IMG/VR virus record: IMGVR_UViG_3300020045_003981
Span: 1 to 35,716 of that record
Direction: 5' to 3' (one strand)
DNA length: 35,716 nucleotides
From: a virus
Lineage: Duplodnaviria > Caudoviricetes
In this document: piece by piece, positions 8,377 to 19,400 of the stretch
How the letters are laid out: the number at the start of each line of letters is the position of its first letter
Numbering within the stretch: the first letter of the stretch is position 1
Made by a program: the position numbers and the translations under genes
The notes under the pieces: generated by a model
Seen by the model: only the letters and a program-made list of their open reading frames with translations
What the model was told of the DNA's origin: nothing
Database searches by the model: none

Positions 8377-10311
8377 ATGAGTTTAACCCGCGATTTACGT
8401 TTCAACGCCGCCACCAAAGCTGCCGAGCATAAAGACGGCGACGATCTGGTAGTCGAAATGTCTTTTGCCTCTGATGTCCCATACGAACGCTGGTGGGGTA
8501 TCGAGATTCTCGACTGTTCAGAAAAAGCGGTCGACTTGTCGCGCATGAACGATGGCGGCGCGCTACTTTACAACCACGATTGGGACGCCCTGCGCGGCCA
8601 TCACATCCCCGGCACTGTCCGTTGCGATGCCGATGGCGTTGTGCGTGGCGACGTTGCGATTGCCTGGGCCGCTGATGACGGCAAAACCGTCAAGCTCGTT
8701 CAAGGCGGACACCTCACCAAGACATCAACCGGCTACGAAATCCAAGAGATTATCGAAAAGTCGGGCAGCAAATCACGAACCCTGGATGGCCAATTGTTCG
8801 ACCGTGTGTTGACGCGCAGTAACGCAGATGCACATGGCGATGTGGTCGCCTTCCGGCGCGCGCTAGATGCCGCCGCCGGAAAATTTGAACGGGCCGCCGA
8901 AGAGAAAACCACCTACGTCGTCACACGTTGGAACATTCTCGAAAACAGCCTGGTCACCATTCCCGCCGATACCACGACCGGATTGGGCCGCAGCATCGCA
9001 TCCAACCCCATCACGACCCCATCCATTCAGGAGATTAAAGCTATGACTGAACAAGTCACCCAGCCGGTCGACGTTGCCGCTATTGAGCGCGCCGCCACCG
9101 ACAAAGCCAACAAGCGCACGGTCGACATCCTCGCCCTTGCTGAATCATTCAAAGACTACGCTGACGTTCGCGCCATGGCCGAAGCTGCCATCCGCAGCGG
9201 CCAGCCCGCCGCCGACTTCACCGCTGACCTGCTCAAGCACGTTGGCGAGAAGTCCAAAAAGGTCGATATGAACATCGGCATGAACGGCAAAGAAGCAAAG
9301 CAGTTCTCGGTCATCAAGGCATTGCGTGCCATGACCGAAGGCGACTGGTCCAAGGCTGGTCTGGAGCGCGAAGCATCGCAAGCCATCGCTGAGAAGATTC
9401 GCGGCATGGGCGTTGAACGTGCCGGATCAGGTCGCGGCTTCTTCATCCCGCTTGAAGTACAGCAACGCGATATGTTGGTCGCCACCGCTGCCAACGGCGG
9501 CAACATGGTCGCCACCAACCTGCGCCCGCAAGACTTCATCGGCATGCTGCGCAATCGCACGCTGGCAACCCAGCTTGGTGTTCGCACGCTGTCTGGTCTG
9601 GTTGGCAACGCTGACATCACCCGCCAAACCGCAGGCGCCACCGCTTACTGGCTGGCCTCTGAATCCACCGCTATCACCGAGTCACAGCAGACCATCGGCC
9701 TGTTGCAACTGCGTCCGAACAACCTCGGCGCTTACACCGAAGTTACCCGCCAGTTGATGTTGCAATCCACCCCGGATGCAGACAGCTTCGTCATGGGCGA
9801 TCTGGCCGCACAGCTTGCTGTCGCCATCGACGCCGCCATCTTCGCCGGTACCGGCACCGAGCAGCCGCAGGGCATCATCGGCACCGCCAGCGTCGGCGCA
9901 GTTACCGGCACCACGCTTGGATTGGCTGGCCTGATCGAAGCACAGACGGACGTTGCCGGTGCCAACGCGCTTACCGCCAACTGCCGCTACGTCACCACCC
10001 CGGCTGTTGCTGGCCTGCTCTCGCAGCGCGCCCGCATCGCTTCGACCGACTCCAAAACCCTCTGGAATGGCAACATTCTCGACGGCGTGGTGGAAGGCTA
10101 CAGCGCCCACTCAAGTAACAACATAACTGCTGCCACCGCCATTTTCGGTGACTTCAGCCAGGCAATTCTGGCCGAATGGGGTGTGCTTGAGGTTGATGTC
10201 AATCCTTACGCCAACTTCGCCGCCGGCATCACTGGCATCCGCGCCTTCTACACCTGCGACGTTGGTGTGCGAGTTCCGGGCGCCTTCTCGGTCATCGGCT
10301 CCATCACTTAA
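8377..10311 (+). CDS. prohead protease (HK97/U35-type) - major capsid protein fusion
   Basis: GGAGGT SD at 8365; protease motifs LLYNHD, TSTGY and ENSLVTIPAD; capsid motifs GFFIP, AYWLASE, IFGDFSQ and DVGVR. Confidence 0.95.
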   Translation: MSLTRDLRFNAATKAAEHKDGDDLVVEMSFASDVPYERWWGIEILDCSEKAVDLSRMNDGGALLYNHDWDALRGHHIPGTVRCDADGVVRGDVAIAWAADDGKTVKLVQGGHLTKTSTGYEIQEIIEKSGSKSRTLDGQLFDRVLTRSNADAHGDVVAFRRALDAAAGKFERAAEEKTTYVVTRWNILENSLVTIPADTTTGLGRSIASNPITTPSIQEIKAMTEQVTQPVDVAAIERAATDKANKRTVDILALAESFKDYADVRAMAEAAIRSGQPAADFTADLLKHVGEKSKKVDMNIGMNGKEAKQFSVIKALRAMTEGDWSKAGLEREASQAIAEKIRGMGVERAGSGRGFFIPLEVQQRDMLVATAANGGNMVATNLRPQDFIGMLRNRTLATQLGVRTLSGLVGNADITRQTAGATAYWLASESTAITESQQTIGLLQLRPNNLGAYTEVTRQLMLQSTPDADSFVMGDLAAQLAVAIDAAIFAGTGTEQPQGIIGTASVGAVTGTTLGLAGLIEAQTDVAGANALTANCRYVTTPAVAGLLSQRARIASTDSKTLWNGNILDGVVEGYSAHSSNNITAATAIFGDFSQAILAEWGVLEVDVNPYANFAAGITGIRAFYTCDVGVRVPGAFSVIGSIT

Positions 10312-10318
10312 TGGACAC

Positions 10319-10338
10319 GGCGGGGTTTCGGCCCCGCC
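10319..10338 (+). terminator. stem-loop after capsid gene
   Basis: GGCGGGGT-TTCG-GCCCCGCC hairpin; no U-tract, so possibly an mRNA stabiliser or partial terminator. Confidence 0.6.
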
Positions 10339-10356
10339 AACTCCCAAGGGAAAAAA

Positions 10357-10536
10357 ATGGAAGTTCAAGTCATCAAGTCATTCATGTTCGCCGGCAAAGC
10401 GCAGCCCGTTGGTGAAATCATCGACATGCCAATCGCCGATGCGCATTACGCCATCGGCCTCAAACGTGCCGTTGCTATCACCGATGTCGCGCCGGTTGAA
10501 GTCAAGCCAGCCAAAGCCAAAAAGGCCAGCAAGTGA
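10357..10536 (+). CDS. 59-aa protein, gpFI-like position (absent from ORF track)
   Basis: MEVQVIKSFMFAGKAQPVGEIIDMPIADAHYAIGLKRAV...; AAGGG SD; stop overlaps next GTG. Confidence 0.8.
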   Translation: MEVQVIKSFMFAGKAQPVGEIIDMPIADAHYAIGLKRAVAITDVAPVEVKPAKAKKASK

Positions 10537-10796
10537 GCTTCACTGATAGCGCGTTTTTTGCTGACTTCGGGGTTGATGTCACCCTCGCTGGTCTGTCTGC
10601 GCGCGGCATTTTCGATGACGCATATGGCGAGTCTTTCGGCGGCATGATCGCCGGCAGCGGCCCGATGTTTCGGCTGCCTTCCAGTGTATCCGTCGCCAGC
10701 GGCGCGTCACTGGTTCATGGCTCGATCACTTACACGGTGGTCGGCATTGAGCCGGACGGCACAGGCATGACGCTGTTGAGGCTGGAAAAATCATGA
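10533..10796 (+). CDS. head-tail joining protein (FII-like)
   Basis: FFADFG, GIFD and YTVVGIEPDGTGMTLLRL motifs; synteny. Confidence 0.85.
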   Translation: MSFTDSAFFADFGVDVTLAGLSARGIFDDAYGESFGGMIAGSGPMFRLPSSVSVASGASLVHGSITYTVVGIEPDGTGMTLLRLEKS

Positions 10797-11239
10797 GCCA
10801 CGCCCGCACACAAATCCGCAACGCCATCGCTACCCGGCTCACCGGCCTGGCAACAACTGGCGCCGCCGTATTCGGCCAGCGTACCCGCCCGATCACCGCC
10901 GTCCCGCCGTTTATCAAGGTCTGGATTGGCGACGATAACGGCGAACTGCTCTCTGTTGGTGATGACCGTATCGAACAGCGCCGCGCTGACGTCGTGATCG
11001 AAGCCTACGCCAAAGATACCGGCGATATGGAAGACATCCTCGACCAGATCGCGCTGGAGGTGCAGACCAAAATCGCCACAACGGTCGACATCACATTTGG
11101 CGGCTTAATCAAGATGATCGATGCCCCGCGTATCGAGCCAGACGTTGATGACAGCCTTGAAAAGCCTGTTGGCTACAACCGCATCATTTACCCCATTACC
11201 TATTTCATTGCCGGAACTAACCCGGCGATAGCCCTCTAG
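10793..11239 (+). CDS. tail terminator (gpU-like)
   Basis: HARTQIRNAI start, LDQIALEV helix; located before tail tube. Confidence 0.75.
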   Translation: MSHARTQIRNAIATRLTGLATTGAAVFGQRTRPITAVPPFIKVWIGDDNGELLSVGDDRIEQRRADVVIEAYAKDTGDMEDILDQIALEVQTKIATTVDITFGGLIKMIDAPRIEPDVDDSLEKPVGYNRIIYPITYFIAGTNPAIAL

Positions 11240-11250
11240 GAGCGCATTAA

Positions 11251-11910
11251 ATGACAACAGTCCACGCCAATTCTGGCCTCAAGCTCTACATGCAGTCGGC
11301 CATCGCCGCCGGCACGGCCATCACTGCTGCCACTCTGGCGGACCCTGGTGTTTTCACCAGCGCGACGCACGGATATAGCAACGGCGACGTTATCCTGATC
11401 GAATGCGATGGTATGCACGAAGTCAATAGCCGCCTGTTCAAGGTGGTTTCAGTCGCCACAGACACATTTCAACTCTGCGACATGGACGGCGCTACCGGAA
11501 TCGACACCACGGATTTTTCTGCCTTCCTCTCCGGTACCGCCAAGAAAATCACTCTAGGTACTAGCATTGTTGGCGTTGCGGAATGCAACCCATCTGGTGG
11601 CGAAATCAAGGTCGCTGACAGCACCACCGTGCATGATCACCAGGACACCCAAATCATCGTCGGCGCCTCTGCATTTGGGTACGACATGCTTATCCAGTGG
11701 GACCCGGCCAATGCTGCCCAGCAGGCCATGCGCCGCGCCTACGAAATCCGCGCTGCTAAGGGATTCAAGGTGCTCTGGCCTGACGGCGCATTTATCCTGT
11801 TCTACGGCGCAGTCGGCTACACCATGTCGCCCGGTGGCGGCAAACAAGGCGTCACCACTGCGCCGGCCAAAATCGTCTTACAAGCTGCTCTTACCAATTA
11901 CGCTGCCTAA
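11251..11910 (+). CDS. major tail tube protein
   Basis: AGGAG SD; AITAAT...HGYSNGD small beta domain, WDPANAAQ and F.G.V motifs of Phage_tail_3-like tubes. Confidence 0.85.
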   Translation: MTTVHANSGLKLYMQSAIAAGTAITAATLADPGVFTSATHGYSNGDVILIECDGMHEVNSRLFKVVSVATDTFQLCDMDGATGIDTTDFSAFLSGTAKKITLGTSIVGVAECNPSGGEIKVADSTTVHDHQDTQIIVGASAFGYDMLIQWDPANAAQQAMRRAYEIRAAKGFKVLWPDGAFILFYGAVGYTMSPGGGKQGVTTAPAKIVLQAALTNYAA

Positions 11911-11913
11911 TCC

Positions 11914-12258
11914 ATGCGCGAAATCAATCTCGCCAAATTCCATGCGGCGCGCCAATCAGCGCTGCCGCTTGGAAAGCACACCGTCACCCTGCAACGCCCA
12001 ACGCCATGGGACGTTTCATCGGCGCAAACCGAAGGCCAGCGGCTCGATATTGAGTGGGCCGCTAAATTCGTCGTCGGGTGGGATTTCACCGAGGCCGATC
12101 TTCTACCCGGTGGCGATCCTGAGCCGGTGGCGTTCGATGCTGGCGTGTTTGCGGTATGGATCAAGGACCACCCGGACACCTGGCAACCGCTCATTCAAGG
12201 CGTAATTGCTGCCTACAAGGCGCACGAAGCGAGCATCGATGAACGGGGAAACGTCTAA
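11914..12258 (+). CDS. tail assembly chaperone (G)
   Basis: between tube and tape measure; VVGW motif; ends at slippery site G GGA AAC. Confidence 0.85.
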   Translation: MREINLAKFHAARQSALPLGKHTVTLQRPTPWDVSSAQTEGQRLDIEWAAKFVVGWDFTEADLLPGGDPEPVAFDAGVFAVWIKDHPDTWQPLIQGVIAAYKAHEASIDERGNV

Positions 12259-12458
12259 AGGCTTGGCTGTCGATCTGCCGGCGCCCGGTGCCACCGCCAC
12301 CACCGCCGCCGCAGGATTTTCAAATCGCCATTCGAGCCTGGAAGATGTTGGGCAACACGCTGGACTGGAATGGTCTTGACACCGTAAGCACGCTGCTCGG
12401 GGTGCCGGATGTCGAGATGCTGATAAACGACCTAATGACCATACGGGACAATCTGTGA
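12246..12458 (+). CDS. -1 frameshift extension of tail chaperone (T part of G-T)
   Basis: GGGAAAC heptamer at 12246-12252; -1 frame open to TGA 12456-12458, which overlaps the tape-measure GTG. Confidence 0.85.
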   Translation, partial: GKRLKAWLSICRRPVPPPPPPPQDFQIAIRAWKMLGNTLDWNGLDTVSTLLGVPDVEMLINDLMTIRDNL

Positions 12459-14536
12459 GCAATCAAAACCTTGGTTTTACGATTTCAGCCAGCGACAAAA
12501 CGCAGGCCGCATTTGCCTCGGTAGCCAATGGCCTCGGCATCATGAAAAGTAAATCTGACTCGCTGTTCTCGGCCTTCTCAGGCGGCCTGGCCGGTGGCCT
12601 GGCAACAGGCCTGCTCGGCGCCGGATTCACAACCGCGATCAAGGGCGCTATCGATGATCTGGATAAGCTGGACGAAGCCGCTGGCCGTCTCGGCGTATCA
12701 GTCGAAGATTTAAGCGCCCTGAATTTTGCCGGCAAAATGAATGGCCTCGAATTTGAGGACATGACGAACGCGCTCACCAAGCTGTCCGTCAAAATGCAGG
12801 ATGCCGCCAATGGCGGAAAAGATGCCGGCGCGCTTTTCACCGATCTCGGCATCAAGGTCACAGACTCAAGCGGCAAACTCAAAAGCGCCGACGCCGTCTT
12901 TGCAGAAGTTGCCGAGGCGTTCTCCGGGCTGCAGGATGGCGCCGGTAAAACAGCGCTCTCCGTTGATCTTTTTGGCAAGTCAGGCGCCAAGTTGGTCCCG
13001 ATCCTCAATGGCGGATCGCGCGGCCTGGCCGACATGCGCAAAGAAGCAGAAAGCCTGGGCGGCATCATTGACGGCAAACTGGCCAAACAGGCGGCTGAGT
13101 TTAACGACAACATGGACAAACTATCCATGTTGTCCGGAACGGTTGCTAAATCGCTTGCCGGCGAACTGCTGCCAAGTCTCAACAAGCTGGCATCTGAGTT
13201 TATCGCTGCCAAATCGGCAGGGCTTGGGTTCTTTGAAATGCTCTACGCTCGATCTGCTTCGCACGGATACAGCAATGGAGAAAAGATCAAGACAGCCACC
13301 GCAGAACTCGAAAGGATGACTAAGGCTCAATCCGATGCGATGGCTAGTAATCGGCTCGACGGCGGCAGCATCGATACCTCGGGGATGGAATCAAAAATTG
13401 CCACGCTGAAAACCCAAATCGCTTATTACAAAAAGCTACAACGGGATGAGGCGCTTGAAGGCTCCGAAGGCAATTACAGCAACGAGGGGCGCGTAAAAAG
13501 CGGCCTCAAAGAAGTCGCTCGCACGCCAACCGGAACCACGCCAAAAGCATCAAAGGCCGCAAAGGAAACCGCCGAAGCCACCGCCGGGGCAATTGCCTAC
13601 GGCAAAGCCATGGAGTCGCTCGCCAAGCTGACCGGCGATGCACAAGCCTCGCAGCTCGACCTCACAAAAAGCCAGCGCGCTTTGCTTGATCTAATGGTAG
13701 CCCCGCAGTGGGCTGACATGCCGGACACCTGGAAGCAAACCGCCGTCGCACAGTTTGAGGCCGCCCAAGCGGCTGAAACCGCCGCCGACGCCACCAAGCG
13801 CCTCAATGACATGCTGGGCGAAACCGAGTCCGCAGGCATTGAAAAGGCGCGTGACGACATGCTGCTGTTGGTTGCCGCGCTTGAAAAAGGCGCGATCAGT
13901 GAAGAGAAATACATCGAGGCCGCCACCGCCCGCCTCGGACTCAACAAAAAAGCCGCCGATGAAGCCAACACAGAGTTAGACGAGTTCGCAAAATCAGCAG
14001 CCCGCAATCTGCAATCATCGCTCGCTGATTTTTTGTTTGACCCGTTCGCAAACGGCACCAAGAGCATGGGCGACCAGTTCGGCCAAATGCTGCAACGCAT
14101 GGCATCTGAAGCGGCTGCCGCTGCGATCATGAAGAACCTGTTTGGCAGCATGGGCGCTGCACCATCAGGATCGTCAAGCACGTCAGGCGGGTCTGGTGAT
14201 TGGGGCTGGCTTGGTCAAGCCGCATCCTGGGCAGCGACGTTTTTCGAGGACGGCGGCATCATGACAAAAAACGGTGCCGTACCGCTACGCAAATACGCCA
14301 TGGGCGGCATCGCCAATAGCCCGCAAATGGCCATGTTCGGCGAAGGCTCAACGCCTGAAGCCTACGTACCACTGCCCGATGGCCGGAATATCCCGGTCAA
14401 GATGGCCGGTGGTGGAAGCTCAATAGTCATGAACATCAACGTCGCCAGCGGCACCCCATCCGACGTCAAACGCGCAGCCGGTGCCGGCGCTCGTACCGCG
14501 CTCGGCGCACTCAGCTCCGCTCAGAGGTACGCATGA
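12455..14536 (+). CDS. tail tape measure protein
   Basis: Ala-rich helical 693 aa; ASDKTQAAF start, LFGKSG repeat and lambda-type C-terminus (YAMGGI...GEGSTPEAYVPL). Confidence 0.93.
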   Translation: MSNQNLGFTISASDKTQAAFASVANGLGIMKSKSDSLFSAFSGGLAGGLATGLLGAGFTTAIKGAIDDLDKLDEAAGRLGVSVEDLSALNFAGKMNGLEFEDMTNALTKLSVKMQDAANGGKDAGALFTDLGIKVTDSSGKLKSADAVFAEVAEAFSGLQDGAGKTALSVDLFGKSGAKLVPILNGGSRGLADMRKEAESLGGIIDGKLAKQAAEFNDNMDKLSMLSGTVAKSLAGELLPSLNKLASEFIAAKSAGLGFFEMLYARSASHGYSNGEKIKTATAELERMTKAQSDAMASNRLDGGSIDTSGMESKIATLKTQIAYYKKLQRDEALEGSEGNYSNEGRVKSGLKEVARTPTGTTPKASKAAKETAEATAGAIAYGKAMESLAKLTGDAQASQLDLTKSQRALLDLMVAPQWADMPDTWKQTAVAQFEAAQAAETAADATKRLNDMLGETESAGIEKARDDMLLLVAALEKGAISEEKYIEAATARLGLNKKAADEANTELDEFAKSAARNLQSSLADFLFDPFANGTKSMGDQFGQMLQRMASEAAAAAIMKNLFGSMGAAPSGSSSTSGGSGDWGWLGQAASWAATFFEDGGIMTKNGAVPLRKYAMGGIANSPQMAMFGEGSTPEAYVPLPDGRNIPVKMAGGGSSIVMNINVASGTPSDVKRAAGAGARTALGALSSAQRYA

Positions 14537-15168
14537 GCAACAACCCATTCCTCGAAGAGCGCCTGCCCGTCACCGTCCGCCTTGGCGCCAGCTACAGCGA
14601 CGAATACGCCGTCGAAGTCACCAAGACCGCCAGCGGACAGGAGCATCGCAAGCTGATCCACCCGTTTCCTGTGCGCCGCTTCTCGGTGCATTACACCAAA
14701 ACCAAGGGCGACATTTACGAACAGTTGCTCTCCCTCTACCACCGGGCCTACGGCAAGTTCAAAGGCTTCCGCGTGCAGGCGATAGACGACACCAGCACCA
14801 ATGGCGCAACGGGCACGCCAACGGCCCTAGATCAGACGCTAACCCGCCTCTCGGCAGGCGTCTATCAAATGCGCAAGGTCTACGGCACCAGCGGTGGCGC
14901 TCGCACCATTTACAAGCCGGTTGCCGGCACCGTGTTGATCGCCGTCGATGGCGTTGAGCAAGTCGAAGCTGCGATTGACGGCTACACCATCGACACCACT
15001 ACCGGTCAAGTCACTATCGACCCCGCGCCGCTTGAATCGGCAGTGGTCACAGGTGGCTGTTATTTCGACATCCCTTGCCGCTTTGATGGCGAAATCGACA
15101 TCACCCCGCTGTCGCCGCACTACGCCGAAACCGGCGAAATCATGCTGGTTGAGTTAATCAACCCATGA
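14533..15168 (+). CDS. distal tail protein, DUF2460-like (GTA-type)
   Basis: SGQEHR, GKFKGFR, IYKPVAGTV and FDIPCRFD motifs. Confidence 0.85.
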   Translation: MSNNPFLEERLPVTVRLGASYSDEYAVEVTKTASGQEHRKLIHPFPVRRFSVHYTKTKGDIYEQLLSLYHRAYGKFKGFRVQAIDDTSTNGATGTPTALDQTLTRLSAGVYQMRKVYGTSGGARTIYKPVAGTVLIAVDGVEQVEAAIDGYTIDTTTGQVTIDPAPLESAVVTGGCYFDIPCRFDGEIDITPLSPHYAETGEIMLVELINP

Positions 15169-15995
15169 AGCCTCAAGTAGCCGACACCCACTACCGCACC
15201 ATGTGCCTGCGCATCCAGCCAGTCATCGGCAGCGCGATCAAGCTGACGCAGTACCCGGTCAACCTGACCATGAGCAATGGCGCGATTTACCTGTCGTCAT
15301 CGGGCTACGAATTCACCGGCCTGCAAAGCGGGGTGGGCACCTCGCCATCCGTCTTTGATTTTGAAGGCATCGCCGGCTTGTCAGGTATCGACCGAGACAC
15401 CATCGCCAGCGGCGTTTTTGATGGCACCCGCTGCTACCTGTTCGCCGTCGACTGGCGCACGCCAGAAGAGGATTACGAGCCGATCATCGCCAGCATCCTC
15501 GGCAAAACCACGCTGGTCGACGACAAATACAAAATCGAAGAAATGGCGCTGATCGACGCGCTCAATCAATCCATCGGCAAAACCTACACCGCGCAATGCC
15601 CCAAGGTATTCGGCGGCACAGAGTACGCCGGCTGCAAAAAGGATTTGTCCGGGCTGACAGAAACGGGCAGCGTCACCACGGCAGGCGGCGCTTATACCTT
15701 TGCCGATGCAATCCGCACAGAGGCAGACGGATGGTGGGAGTACGGCACCATTGATTTCACCTCCGGCCAGAATGCCAATCTCAAGCCGCTGGAAATCAAA
15801 ACCTTCGCTGATGGCACCTTCACGGTTTTTGAGGCGTTTTACTACCCGCCAGAGCTTGGCGACACCTATATCGTCCGCCCTGGATGCCGCAAGACGTTGG
15901 AAGATTGTCGCGACAAATGGGCCAACGTGATTAATTTTGGCGGGTTTAGCAACATCCCTACATCCAGTGTGTATTCGCAGCGGGGCGAACAATGA
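15165..15995 (+). CDS. baseplate hub, DUF2163/BR0599-like
   Basis: C...GC Cys pair and GCRKTLEDCRDKWANVINFGGF C-terminus. Confidence 0.9.
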   Translation: MKPQVADTHYRTMCLRIQPVIGSAIKLTQYPVNLTMSNGAIYLSSSGYEFTGLQSGVGTSPSVFDFEGIAGLSGIDRDTIASGVFDGTRCYLFAVDWRTPEEDYEPIIASILGKTTLVDDKYKIEEMALIDALNQSIGKTYTAQCPKVFGGTEYAGCKKDLSGLTETGSVTTAGGAYTFADAIRTEADGWWEYGTIDFTSGQNANLKPLEIKTFADGTFTVFEAFYYPPELGDTYIVRPGCRKTLEDCRDKWANVINFGGFSNIPTSSVYSQRGEQ

Positions 15996-16402
15996 CCGGC
16001 GCCGACATCGTTACCGAAGCCCGCCGGCACCTCGGCACAAAGTTCGTCCATCAGGGCCGCGTGCCTGGCCTTGCGCTCGATTGCGCCGGTCTGGTGGTGG
16101 TCGTCGCCAAAGCCTGCGGCGTTGAAATCATGGACGCCAAGGGCTATGGGCGAAACCCAAACGGCGCGCTTGAAGCCGTTATCGCTGCTCAGTCGTGCGT
16201 TGATCTGGTGCCTGTTGCGGATCGCCAGCCAGGCGACGTTTTGACCATGCGCTTTGGCCGTGAAATGCAGCACCTCGCCATTTTCGCAGGCGATACGATC
16301 ATTCACAGCTATGAGGCCGCCGGCAAGGTTTGCGAGCATACGCTTGACGCCATGTGGGCCAAACGCATCGTCAGCGCTTATCGCTTCAAGGGGCTGGCAT
16401 GA
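15992..16402 (+). CDS. NlpC/P60 tail-associated peptidase
   Basis: ARRHLGTKFVHQGR, LDCAGL, HLAI and IIHS motifs. Confidence 0.93.
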   Translation: MTGADIVTEARRHLGTKFVHQGRVPGLALDCAGLVVVVAKACGVEIMDAKGYGRNPNGALEAVIAAQSCVDLVPVADRQPGDVLTMRFGREMQHLAIFAGDTIIHSYEAAGKVCEHTLDAMWAKRIVSAYRFKGLA

Positions 16403-19400
16403 GTAGCAACTACACCACCGGCCAATGGGTTGGCACCATTGTTGGCGCCGTCGTTGGCTTTTACACCGGCGGTGCTGGATGGGTTGCAGCCGGGGCGGCG
16501 CTCGGCGGTGCGGTTGGTGGGGCAATAGACCCGCCAAAAGGCCCGAAGATTGTCGGCCCGCGCCTCAATGATCTAACTCAGCAAACAGCCAGCTACGGCG
16601 CTGCCATTCCTCGTCTGTACGGCGCTACCGCAGTCATGGGCAACATCTTCTGGATTGAGAATAACGCGCTCAAGGAAACCACGACCACCGAAGGCGGCGG
16701 CGGCAAGGGCGGAGGAAGTGAGCCAGAAACCACTACTTACAGCTATTCAGCAACATTTGCCCTGGGCCTGTGCGAAGGCCCGATAACCGGCATCAAGCGC
16801 ATCTGGATCAGCGGCAAGCTGATCTATAACTCAGGCTCGGCAGATTCCGGCACGCTCGTTGCCAGCGGTGCGGCGGCGGATCGATTCCGCGTCTATACCG
16901 GCGCAGAAGATCAACAGCCAGACCCGCGTATGCAAGCCGCGCTTGGCGCTGCAAATACCCCGGCTTATCGCGGTCTGGCCTACATCGTTTTTGATGATCT
17001 TGAGTTAGCGGACTACGGCAACACGCTTCTCGGCGCTCAAATAAAAGTTGAGGTTGTCGGCATTGGCGCCATTGATGCGCCAACGGTTGTTTCACGCAAC
17101 ACCGTTGCCGGAGCCGTGTCGGGCGGAGTGGCTTATAGCTCCACGGCTACCTACCTTTCGCCATCTGGAGAGCTTGCCATTTATCGCGTCGATGGCGATT
17201 ACAGCGTCGAATCAAACCCTACTGACTTGGTGCGAACCTATCCGGACGCCAGCGGCATCGTCACAAAGTCCGAAGGCAACATGGCTGGCATGCACATTCA
17301 GGGGTGGACGGACACACCCGGATTTGCATTTCTTCGCCCGTTTTATTCCGGATACTGGATTGAGCTAGTCGAAGGCGATTTTGATTCGCTCCATAATTTT
17401 GAGGCAACTGATTTCACGCTGATGTCGAAGTATTACCGGCGCGATCGAGAAGAAATTTACATTTCTGTTGCTGCGGTAAAAACCACGGTATTCGACGCAT
17501 CCGGCACTATCCCGCAGCCGTTACTCGTCACAACGCCGGCAAGCACTTACGGCATTGTTCATGATATTTTCATTGGCGAATCGGTCAATTACTCAATCAA
17601 TATTGGCACCTCAAATCAATTCTTTGTCTGCTATGACAGGGATTGGGCTGTGCAATGGACGGTATCCATTCCGCTCGATGTTTGCCCGATGGAAAACAAC
17701 ATCGGCGGCAATGTTGCAAAAATACGAGAGAGGATCAACGGCCATTGTGTCGTCAAGGCAAATGAACTATTCCTTGAAGTCACACAAAGCGGGTATGTGG
17801 TATTGCCAAGCACTACGGGCGGAACATTCACTGGCTATGGCGATTTTGGCGGGCAACACTTGCTTGGGAATCTGTGGATAACCTACATTGCCAATTCAAA
17901 CGAAATATCCGTTGTCAATCTCTACCCGCTATCTGCCTCGCTGCCAACGCTGGCCAGCATCATCACCGCCGAATGCCTCGCCACTAACATCCTCACAGCG
18001 CCGGATATTGATGTCACCACCCTGACGGATGAAGTACGCGGCTACAAGATTTCAAGCGTTGCCGCGATCCGTTCAAGTCTTGACCCGTTGCAGGGTGCCT
18101 GGCCTTTCGACGTTGTTCAATCCGGCTACAAAATATCATTCAAGCGCCGGGGCGGTAGCGTTGTTGCCACCATCCCGGCATCTGATCTCGGCGCAGGCGC
18201 AGAAGGCGAAGCGCTGCCAGCACGCTTTACCGAATCACGCGACATGGCAACGCAGCTACCCGCCCGCGTCACGATCCGGCACATGGACATCAGCCGCGAA
18301 TACGACATCGGCGAGCAGTACGCCGAGCGCCTCAATACCGGATCGGTCGACGTTCGCTCAATCGAAATGCCCATCGTACTGACGGCGCAAGAGGCCGTGC
18401 AAAAAGCTGAAATCCTGATTTACATGTATTGGCTGGAGCGTTACGACGTTTCTTTTACCTTGCCGCCAACCTACGCCGGCCTTGAGCCTGCGGACGTAGT
18501 AACGATTGAGGCCGAGTCAGGCACCTATGAGCTACGCCTGACCAGCGTCAACTACCAATCAAACGGCATTATCGAGTGTACCGGCAAATTCAACCGCGCC
18601 GCGGTCTATGCCAGTGCAGCCACCACCGATGGCGGCACGATACCGGACGGCATCATTACCCTACCAGTGCCAAGCGGCTACGCCCTGCTTGATATTCCAT
18701 TGCTTGATGACGATTACGACACCGGCGGCTTTACGGTCGCCATGTGCGGCCTGACGGCAGGCTGGAAGGGCGGCTCAATCTTCCGCTCGTCGGACGGCCA
18801 AACATGGCGCCTGATTAACGGATTCCGCATCCAGTCCGTCATTGGCAGGGCCATCAACAGCATCGGCGCACCGCTTGAGCATCGCCTGATCGACAAGGCC
18901 AGCATCCTGAATGTTTCCCTGCTCGGCGGCGAAGCGCTCTCAAGCGTGACCGAACCGCAAATGCTCAACGGTGCCAACCATTTCGCTTACGGTGTCGATG
19001 GCCGGTGGGAAATCATCGCCGCGCAAAATTGCGAGCTACAAATTGACGGCACCTATCTGCTGACCGATCTGCTACGCGGTCGCGCCGGATCTGAATGGGC
19101 CATGGGGCTGCATGAAATAGGCGATACCGTGGTGCTGATGGATGCCGCACGCTTGCAGTTTTCCTCGGCCAACTTGAATCAAATCGGCTTGACGCTGGAT
19201 TATCGCGGCGTCACCGCCGGCCAAACCATCGCCAGCGACCGTTCGCACCCATTCACGTACCGCGCCGTCAATCTGGAGTGCCTGGCGCCGGTCTATCTCA
19301 ACGGCAACCGCGATCCGGCAACAAACGACTGGTCGCTTGAGTGGGTGCGCCGTACCCGCGTTGGTGGCGAGTGGCGCGATTACGTTGATGCGACGCTTGG

